This document shows, piece after piece, positions 49,401 to 58,259 of a stretch of 58,259 nucleotides of DNA; position 1 is the first letter of the stretch; the number at the start of each line of letters is the position of its first letter. The translations under genes were made by a program, and so were the position numbers. The stretch comes from Rhizaria sp. SCN 62-66. Its lineage: Eukaryota. The notes beneath the pieces were generated by a model, which saw only the letters and a list, made by a program, of their open reading frames with translations, searched no databases and was not told where the DNA came from. The stretch spans positions 1 to 58,259 of the forward strand of contig MEDY01000374.1 in assembly GCA_001724265.1 (NCBI GenBank), in the 5' to 3' direction.

Positions 49401-52400
49401 TCACTGACTCTAGTTCGAGCGCTAGCGGCAGCCCGGGTAAGCCACTGCGCTGCCGTCCCCGCATTCGCACTCACAGTCACGATCAGTCGCGCCACGCACG
49501 TGCTCGTTCCCGGACTAGTCGCGGCGGCGCCCAGTGCCTCCATACAGCCCACGGCCATTCGGCTCACGGTCAGTGCGCGCCCCGCATCGCGGCCTTCGCG
49601 CAGTCGGCGCTCGCGCTGTCGGTGCCCGCGGGCTGTCTGGCCGCGTGTCCCGCTCGCTGCGGCCGCGCGCGCTCGCAGGTCCTGCTGGCGCACGCGCACT
49701 TGCTCGCGCTCGCCAAGATCGAGGCGCGCTTTGCACCGAGGCAGCAGGCTGGCACCAGCTCTCGCACTGGCGCTGGCGCTGGTTCGAGGTCAAGTGATGA
49801 TGTTGCAAAGGGGTATTACTGTGCTGCGATCGACATCAGCGAAGGGAAGTCTCCACAGTCGCCCACAAGTGCCGATGACCTTCGCGGTAAGTGTCCCGCG
49901 GCGCCTCAAACGGTTGGCGAGGGCGATGGAGACATCGACACCAGCACGCTGTCCCAAGGCGGCCTGACTTCGCAGTCCTCCGCGGGTCTGATCTCGCGCC
50001 TGCTGCTGCGCTGGTCGCATCGCAGCCCGCTGGCGCGGTGGCTGCACACGCGCTCCCAGTCGACCGCGCTTGTGCTTGCCCGCACGCGCACTGCGCTCGT
50101 CACCGCGACCGCGCGCCTCGGCGCGGGTGCCGCGCGCTCGCAGTGGACGCTCGCCGCGGCGCTGCTGGCGCTGGCAGTCGTCGCGGCCGCGCTGCGCAGG
50201 GCCGCCGCGGCGCAGGCGGCCGCGGGCGCGGACTGGGGCGAGGACCCTGAGGCCGCGGCCAGGGCCGGCGTCACGGCTATGGCCCCGTTGGCGCCCGCAG
50301 CCACTGCGCTCACGGTCGTGGGCAACAGCGATAGTAGCAGGAGTAGCAACGCGACTGCGAATGAGACCGTTGTTGTTGCGTTGATTGTCGGTGACGATGA
50401 CGGCTTTGTGTATTCGTTCCCAACAGTCGACTCTGTTAACACCCCGGCTGGTGATGAACAAGCACCCGCAGACTCTCTCAACGCTGCCGGCGCTACGAGT
50501 GATGATATTCGTGCCGATCTCTCTGCTTCTGTTGCTCCCGTCGCTGTCCACAGCTCTGCCGCAGCGCCCACACCGCTGTCCTGCTACTGGCACGGCGCGC
50601 CCGCGCTGCTGCAGCGCCGCAGCAAGGCCTTTTGCCCTCCGCAGGCGCTGTGGCAGTCGCGCGCGCTTGCAGCCGCCTGCGCCGCTGAGGCTAACGATGC
50701 GCAGATGAAGGTGGAGGCTAAGGAGGCACTTACACTTCGATCCGCTAAGGCAGGCGCACCGGTCTCTAGCGTCCATCACAGTCACAATAGCTCAAGTTTG
50801 AGCGCTGCTATTGCCGGCTCTGGCGCTTATCCTCACGCCGGCGCTCGTGCCAGCGGGCGCGTTACGATGGCTCTGCTGCAGCTGCTGGCTCTGGCCCGCG
50901 TGGACAAGGAGGCTGCGCTGCTGAGGGCAGCTGCGGCCGGCGTCCCAGTTCTGTCTGCCACAGTTGCGGCCGCGATGAGTACTGCGTTGGTGACGGCATC
51001 GGCCTCAGGCTTGCCCGCAGTCGACGGAGGTAAGCAACAGCAGCGTGGCCGCAGCCGTGGTAATATTGGCGGCAGTGGCGGCGGTAGCGGCCGTGGCAGC
51101 CGGAGCAATAGTGGACACAACACCCCGTTGAGCTCCCCGGGGCGGCACTTGAATTCGCAAGTCAACGGCGCCGGCATCGGTGTCGCTTCCAACAACACCA
51201 GTGACGCACTGAGTGTGATATTGTCTGCTCGCATTTCAACGCCAGGCAACAATAACTCGAACGCTGGCACAACTCATAGTTCCGGCGCTGCTGGCGCTGT
51301 AAGCGTTGCCACCACGTCTATCAGCGGCGTGATGCCGCTGCTGGCCCTGCTGCAAGACCGCAGTAGTGCCTACTTAGTGCTGTCCGCGCACCTACCCCTG
51401 CTGCCGCATCCTTACACTTACGGTTTCAGCGCTCATCACCCCTTGAGCCGCACAACAGGTTTCGCGCCCTCGCGGCGTCCGCAGTCGATTATGCGCTACC
51501 GGCTAACTGCCAACTCGCCCTTGCTCAGCACGTACGCTGGTGCGGGCGCAATTTATACTCACGGCGCGAGGGGCGCGGCACTGGGCAGCGACAGCTGTGT
51601 CGCCGACGCGCCTGTGTCGCTGCTGGCCGCGGTGACAGCGCTGCGCTTTGTGGCCCACGTGCACTCTACTGTCTTTGCTCCTGACTCTGGTCACAGCAGC
51701 AACAACAATAACAACGGTAGCGCGAGCAGAAACAATGACATTATTTTTAACACGAATGGTGCTCTCAAGTCTGCGTGTGGAGCTTTTGGCAACGCGGACC
51801 CGGTTGACTGCTATGGCGCCGCTCACGGTCTGTATCAGTCTCTTACACCTGTAAGTAGTCGCTTTGCAGTCAGTTCGCACAGTCATCGCACGCTGCTGTT
51901 CCCTAGCCCCGCTGCATTGTCATGGGCGCGCGGCTTAACTTACGCCCCCACGGCACACCACCGCGCCGCCACTACCGCGGGGCCCTGGGCAGCGGCGCTC
52001 GCGGCTGCGCTGCCCGCCGCGGTGGCCGCCGCTGCCGCCGCTGCAGCAGCCACCGCGAGTGTGACACAGAGCGACGCCGCGCGCGCGACAGCAGCGAGCG
52101 CTAGCCTGACGACGATCCGTGCTGCTGGCGTTTCGGGCGGGCCCGCGCCGCCGCGGCCGAACTTCGACTGGGTCCCCACGCTGCTGAGCGTGTGCCGCGG
52201 CGCTCTCACGGCGGCGGCGCGGCTGCACGTGACCGTGGGCGCCGCTCACGGTCATATCTGTCCCAGGACGCTGCTGCTCACGCCGACTACCGCGGCGGCC
52301 GCGAGCGCCGGCTCCGTGGCCAGCGCTGCGGCGGCCACGGCGGCCGCCGCGGCGGCGACTGCTGCGGTTGCTGGCAACAACTCTGGTTCTAGTTTTAGCT

Positions 52401-55400
52401 CTAGCTCGAGTTTTAAGTCGAATGCCAGTTCAAGCTCTAGTTCTAGCTCGAGCGCTGGCTCGAGCCCTTTGGCTGGCGTGACTGCGGGCAGCGCCGCAGC
52501 AGCGACTGTTAGCAGCGTGTGCGCCGCTTGGGTGGGCACGTCGCCCGCTGACGTCAGCGAGTGGACGCTTACACTCACGGGGCTTGAGGACGCGGCTTAC
52601 CTGATCGATGACGAGGCGGCTTTTTTCAAGAGCATCCGCCGCAGCACCACCTCGAAGAAGAAGTCGGTCTGTGTCAATAAGGACAAGAGAGGGAGTAGCT
52701 CTAGTAGCAGCGCTGAGCATGATGAAGAGGCCGCTTTACTGCAAGACTTTTCTTTTTCTACCAGCACGACCACTGGTGTTAATGCGACTGTTACGAGTTC
52801 TGAACTTACGGTTGGTTTCTTAGCAGATTATGCGTCTGACGATTTTTTCGGTCCCGCACTGGCCCTGCTCGCTTTGCCCGAGTCAGAACCGCGCTCGCCG
52901 TTTTACTCGCTGTCACAGTCGCAGCCACGGTCGCCGCTCGAGCTTCAGCCGCTGCAGTCCTCGTCGTCTCTGTCGCAGTCCGAGTCGGAGTCGCAGTCGC
53001 AGTCGCCTGTGACAGATTCCGAGTCGGACCCTGCCTCTTCTTCTGCTGCAGCGACTGCGGCCGTGCAGCTCCCGCCGTCAGTGCCGCTGCCGTCGCGCCG
53101 AGTGCTCGCCGTTGCGAACGCTCTCCTGGCATCACTTTTACCGCCGCCGACGCACAACGCCAACGGCAGCGCTAGTTCTTATAGGAGCACTGAGCAGAGC
53201 TCTATTGATGCTGCTGCTTCGATCAATGGCGATGCTGGTAGCACTGCCAGCGTGCCTGTGTCTCGCGCTGTTGCCGCCGCTACCGCTGCTTTGGCGTTCA
53301 CTGCGCCCGAAGTCGCCCTCGCACGGCTTAACTTCCTGTCGGGCGTGTGTCTGTGGGTGCAACGGGCCTTATTGGCCGCTGCAGCGCGATATCGGGCCTG
53401 TGACGGCAAGTTGCAGCCGCAACAGGGGACACAGCAGGGGCAGTACTTAGACAAGAATGGAGGCATTATGTCTCGGAACAACACGTCAAAGTACACCTTA
53501 TGCAACTATTGTAGCAAAAAATCCTCATCGAAGCCGCACTTGCTGTCTCCCACCACCTCAACCGACTCGCACTACACTGTGCCGTCTCTGCCCTTGCTCC
53601 CGGCGCCCACGGTTGCCGCTGACTCCTACTCTCTGGGCTGCTGCATGCACTTCATCTTCACGCGAGGCGCGCTTCCGTACACTTACAGCGATGGTACTTA
53701 CACTGGCACAGAGAACGGCGAGTCATCAGCGAACTGCTCACACACAGACAGCAGCAGCAGCAGCAGCAGTACTTCCATCACTGTGAAGCACTCGGCGTCG
53801 TGTCTGTCTTGCCGCCTCCGCTGCAGTGCTGCTGCGGTGCTGCGCCTGCGCACTCGGTTCCTCGCCCCGGTCACCGCGCGCGTCGCCAGTCGCCGTCCGC
53901 TGCTGCCCCCGCTGGCGACGCTCGGTGCGAGCTTCTCCGCTGCCACTGCCGCTACGGCGGGGACCGTACACGGCCAGTCTGCGGCTTGCATGGCGGCGCC
54001 TCTATCAGTGGTCACGGCGATCTCGCCCACCGCTGTGCTGCTGCAGGGGGCATACACAGCGAAAACTGCACATGCGCTGCCTCACAAAAACACCAATGCG
54101 GAGAGCACCCATCGCTCAGGCATCAGCTCCAGCCTTAGTTCGAACGGCATTGTGGCTGCGGCTGCAGGGGCCGTCACCTTCCCCGACGGCCACATTTCTG
54201 CCAGCGGCATCACCCACTCCAGCACTGGCGCTGCTTCTGCCTTGATATCCCCCACTGCGGCGCTGTCACACCTCCCGCCCACGGTCGCCGCCGCGGCCGC
54301 GCTCTCGACCGCCACCGCCGCCGCCTCGGCCGACAGCGCGGACCCGTTCTCGGCGCTGCCCGCGGCCTGGCAGGGCCTCCCGGCCTCGGTGGCGGCCCCG
54401 CTGGTGCATCTCGTTGGCCTGCTTACTGCGCGCGCGCCGCGGCGCCGGCCCGCCCCGCTGGCCGCGCTGCAGCACCCGCTCTTCTGGCCCGCAGAGCGCA
54501 AGGCCGCGTTTCTCGTGCACGTGTCCAACCTGGCCGCCGCGAGGCCCAGCGGCGGCGCCAACAGCGGCAACAGCAACAGCAACAGCAGCTGCAATACCAG
54601 CGCCGGCGGTGCTGGAGGCCAGGTGGGGCTGTGTGCGCCGCTGACGGCGGGGTACCTTGACAAGACCAGCTCAAACACGACCTCCGAGACTGCTGCTGTT
54701 GCTGCTGCTGCTGCTGCGGCTGCTTCTGCCTCTGCGGCGGCGCTGTCACTGCCACTGCCCTGCGCTGCCGTGCTCACCGGCGCTCTGGAGCGGGGCGCCG
54801 GCTTGCCCCTCACCGCTCTCGCGCACTTATCCGTGCCCCCAGTTCATTCCTCGACTTCAGCCCATGTTGCGAGTGCGATTAGCGCGGTCAATGCTGTGGC
54901 ACCCGTGGGCTGGCTGCAGGCCACCACCCCGCCGTCCGTGCTGCGCTTGCTGCTGTCCTCGCGCCCCTTCACCGAAAACAGCATAATCGAGACGCTGCGC
55001 TTTGTGAGGAACCGCGAGGCGCACTCCAAGGACGCCCCTTCCGAGAACCTGAGCAACAGCAGCGGCGGCGGCAGCAGTAGTAGCAGCAGCAGCAGCAGCG
55101 TGGGCGCGACTGACGCGGACTCAGGAGCCCTTAATAAGACCCCGGGCGCCACTGCCGGCGCCCACGGTCTCTCTGCGGTCTCCACAGCTGTGCCGAGCTC
55201 CGCGGCGGCCTCCCCGAGCGCGCAGGCGAGGCCGCCCCCCGGCCAGAGCTCGTTCCGCGAGCTGGTGGGCAGCGGCAGCGCGACGGCGGGCCGCATGCGC
55301 TTTGTTGAGGCGCGTCTGCCGCTGCTGCTGCTCTCAGTCTACACGGCCGCCGCCGCGACTCTGCTCAGCGCTCGCGGTCACGGCGGTCGCGGTGCCGCGG

Positions 55401-55798
55401 GAGGCGGCGGCGCCGTGCGTGACAGGGCGTGGGTTGCTGCCGCGGTCGCCAGGTTTGCTGAGAGGGCACTTAAGACGGGTGATTCAGGAAATCTCAGTGC
55501 GGGAGGCGGTGATGTCAGTCGTCGGAACTCTAGTGCTACTGCGTTTGCTGAACGCGAGCTCGATATCAGTGACGGCTATTGTGAAGACGAAAGTAACGTC
55601 GGGAGCAACGACACTGACAACGACGATGATTCGACTGCTGAGGCGGACGATGACGAGGATGAGGACGAGGACGAGAGCGAGAGCGAGCCAGTGACCGTGA
55701 GCGCGTTGACTGTGTCCGAGGCGGGCCGAGAGGTGGCCGCGTTTTTCGATTTTGTTGATCCTGCGATGCTCAATGCACTGCAGCAGCAACACTGGTAA
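43430..55798 (+). CDS. IRE1: IRE1-like transmembrane (pseudo)kinase / KEN endoribonuclease, about 4120 codons with one in-frame TAG at 47282-47284
   Basis: Signal-peptide-like MTTYIFLLFLLLPHTTLS. Luminal-domain-like fragments SLDGLTY...AINALTG and LWLRRTAVTVRARD. TM-like segment near 50144-50200. Kinase C-lobe APE, ADSYSLGCCMHFIFTRGALPY and RRRPxxxxALQHPLFWPAERKAAFLVHVS. KEN segments SIIETLRFVRNREAH and ARLPLLLLSVY. ORFs 43376-47284 and 47486-55798 share one frame with only a TAG between them. Stop is TAA. Confidence 0.8.
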
Positions 55799-56069
55799 CT
55801 AATCGCACTTCTGCGAACTATTTTTATTGATTTATTTTGATCTGCGAATTACTTAGACAACGAAATACATTAGAATTATTTTATATTAATATTTTCTACG
55901 ATTCATAGATGAGAGCATGGCAATGAAATGAAAGACGAAGAATATTGCTGTAAGCTGCTCCATTCAGTCATCATGGTGTTCTTCAAGTTCTCTATGTCCA
56001 AGAAGTGAAACAGTTGCAACGCCTGCTCGTTCGATTATGATGTCTGAAAGACCGTTAATACAAAGTTGT

Positions 56070-56426
56070 TCTAACGGCTATACACAAACCGCGATCAATC
56101 ATTGGTTTAAACAAGACTGCCCTAATCATGCTTACAAATTACTAAAGTTACACACAAATGCAGCGTCATATGAACTGCGCGAGGCAACTTGAACTTCGAT
56201 TAATTTCGATAGTTGACATCGTTTCAGTGCTATTTGCATCAAGGTCAAGCGACCAAGCTATGAATTTTCCTTTACACAGCATGCCGTTTTGCACGACTGA
56301 GTTGATATTAGTATCTCGCGTCACATCGAGCTGCCTGCATCAGGAGACGGTCGATCAAGGATAACGGCTGGCTTCGATCGTTGAACTTTCATATGTTGTA
56401 TCTCTACATAATCTCCGTTATTTGAA
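56070..56426. promoter_or_regulatory. Candidate MSA/CHR-like promoter motifs upstream of the 56600 ORF
   Basis: TCTAACGGCTA (56070-56080) matches YCYAACGGYYA fully. Also TAACGGCT (56362-56369) and CCGTTA directly followed by TTTGAA (56415-56426). Confidence 0.35.
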
Positions 56427-56599
56427 ATGCCACAACAGTTACAAACTTTGACATTGTGGATTAATATAATATTTCTTTTATAACTCTACAGTGTCTTACT
56501 ATTATGAATTGGGACCTTGTTTTTGCTTCGTCTTGTCCCAGTCAGTCTCTCTTTCGACACACATCAACTATCCATCTTGCCTCAGGCTTGCAGTGCACG

Positions 56600-58259
56600 A
56601 TGGAACCTTCCGAGCCGGCCGAACGCACCGCTTCTGCCGTGTCACACATTTCGGGCGTAGCCATCCCACCCTTCGCGCTCAAACAGGCTCCAGGCAGCGC
56701 GAGTACCACGGGCTCCCTGCTGTCGGCCAGCAACGGCCTCCCGTTCGGCCCGCTGCCCTACTTGCTCACCCCCAAGTCTGACGGCCTCACGCCCACCTCC
56801 TCCGCGGCGTTGTCCGGCCTCGAGGCCCAGCTGCAGGGTCAACTGTCGTCGCTCGCCGCGCTGTCGGCGCTGGTCACGGACGCGGAGTCTTCGCTGGCGT
56901 CGCTGGCCACCGACACCGACGCCGCCGCCTTCCTGCTCGCGCGCCCGCCGCCCGCGCAGGCCTTCTCGATTATCGGCGACCTGCAGGAGGAGCTGGTTGC
57001 CGAGGCGCGCGCCAACCGCGCCACGCGGGCCGACCTGGCGCGCGCGATGCGCGGTAAAGCCAGCGCGGACTCAGTCGCCGCGGCCGCGCGCGAGACCAAG
57101 GAGGCCGCCGAGGCCGCCGCAGAGCTGTGGCTGCTGCGGGCGCGCGCGCGGCGTAGCGGGGAGCGCGCCCGCGCCAAGGCTGCCGCGAGGGCCAGGGCGC
57201 GGACATCGATCGACATGCACAACAACGCGAGCAGGGCGGCCAACAGCAACAGGGCGGCCAACAGCAGAGCTAGCAAAGCCGGCAGCGCGGCGGTGAGTGC
57301 GACTGCTGGTGTTGATGATGACGCTGACGCAGCTAAGAGTGTTGTTCTGACTGCCGATGGTTTTGACGACGTTGAAGATGATAGCGATCTGGATGAGGAG
57401 ACGATTGCTACCATTGCCCTTGACGTCACAAGCACGAACAGCAACATCACTGACGCCAACGCCAACTCTCTCACAGACGCACAGTCGCTGTCGCGGTCGC
57501 AATTGCTGCTCTCAGCGGGCGCAGACCAGCCGCTGCTGCCGCCGCACTCGGGCCCCGCGCCACGGCTGCGTATGTCGCGCGTTCACAGCCCGCCCCCGCC
57601 GCCCGCCTCGGTCGCCGCGCAGGGCGGCAGCGGCGCCAACACCGCGAACGCGAGCTTGAGTGCCGGCGGCTATGGCGCCAGCGCCAGCAACAGCAACACG
57701 GGCCCAGCCGACTCGGCGCTGGCTGCGCTGCTGATGTCCCCCGCCGCCGCTGCTGCTGCTGCCGCCGCCGCTGCGGCCGCCGCCAAGACGGCTGCCAAAG
57801 CCGACAAAAAGGCGCTTGCAGCCGCAGCCTCATCTGACGACTCATGCTTCCTATTACTCCACAATAACAATAACAACAACAGTAATAGCGGTGCTAACGC
57901 CCACCCGACTGGCGACAACTACGGCAGCGAGGACGTCGACCTCGGCCCCGGCGCTGCGGCTCTGACCGGCGGCGCCGACGACGACGACGCAGCTGAGGTG
58001 GCCCGGCTGACTCGCGTCGCCTTCACGCTGCAGCGCCGCAGCGTGGACCCCGCGCTGACCGCACTGGAGCGCCTCTCGGCCACCGCGGCCGTCGCGCGCG
58101 CCCGCGCCGCGCTGTCTGCCGCGCGCGCGGCGGCGCTGAGGCGGCAGGCAGACCGCGCGCGCGGGGCGCTGCTGCAGTCGGACTCTGAGCTGCTCGCGCT
58201 TGTCGCGCGCTGGGCGCCCGCGGCCGCCGCGCCCACTGCGGCCGCCGCCGCCGCGGTCG
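56600..58259 (+). CDS. Hypothetical Ala-rich helical protein, 3'-truncated by the window end (at least 553 codons)
   Basis: Manual translation from ATG 56600 (MEPSEPAERT...) is open to the end of the window, with the same codon style and low-complexity runs as neighbouring genes. It is missing from the ORF track because no stop is reached. Confidence 0.8.
   Translation, partial: MEPSEPAERTASAVSHISGVAIPPFALKQAPGSASTTGSLLSASNGLPFGPLPYLLTPKSDGLTPTSSAALSGLEAQLQGQLSSLAALSALVTDAESSLASLATDTDAAAFLLARPPPAQAFSIIGDLQEELVAEARANRATRADLARAMRGKASADSVAAAARETKEAAEAAAELWLLRARARRSGERARAKAAARARARTSIDMHNNASRAANSNRAANSRASKAGSAAVSATAGVDDDADAAKSVVLTADGFDDVEDDSDLDEETIATIALDVTSTNSNITDANANSLTDAQSLSRSQLLLSAGADQPLLPPHSGPAPRLRMSRVHSPPPPPASVAAQGGSGANTANASLSAGGYGASASNSNTGPADSALAALLMSPAAAAAAAAAAAAAAKTAAKADKKALAAAASSDDSCFLLLHNNNNNNSNSGANAHPTGDNYGSEDVDLGPGAAALTGGADDDDAAEVARLTRVAFTLQRRSVDPALTALERLSATAAVARARAALSAARAAALRRQADRARGALLQSDSELLALVARWAPAAAAPTAAAAAAV

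Noticed and set aside
1-58259. CRISPR arrays, prokaryotic operons, transposase or reverse-transcriptase genes
   Set aside because: No regularly spaced repeat-spacer array or mobile-element protein motif was seen; gene content and introns are eukaryotic.

Overview
Gene-dense eukaryotic nuclear DNA, most likely from a flagellated protist. Exons are GC-rich, spacers are short and AT-rich, and there are six GT-AG introns of 138-226 nt. I model 12 protein-coding genes: CFAP52/WDR16, a tetraspanin, CEP44, an N-acylated SRPBCC-fold protein, delta-tubulin, a UBE2J1/Ubc6-type E2, Aurora kinase, a BRCT/TERB2-like AT-hook protein, a 3906-aa RNI-type LRR protein, a DHHC palmitoyltransferase, a giant IRE1-like (pseudo)kinase-RNase, and one unknown ORF that runs off the 3' end. 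The main anomaly is that two otherwise intact genes (UBE2J1-like and IRE1-like) each contain one in-frame TAG in the same G-TAG-TCG-Y context. None of the 11 complete genes ends in TAG (7 TAA, 4 TGA). This suggests UAG is read as sense (Gln is the best guess) independently of UAA, or is read through in a context-dependent way; sequencing error or nonsense alleles cannot be excluded from this window alone. Other notable signals are large low-complexity insertions inside conserved folds, an IRE1 with a degenerate kinase, a frame- and strand-independent GG(C/T)ACTTA DNA motif in exons, near-invariant GTACGT splice donors and MSA/CHR-like promoter motifs. All family calls come from recalled motifs, not from database searches.
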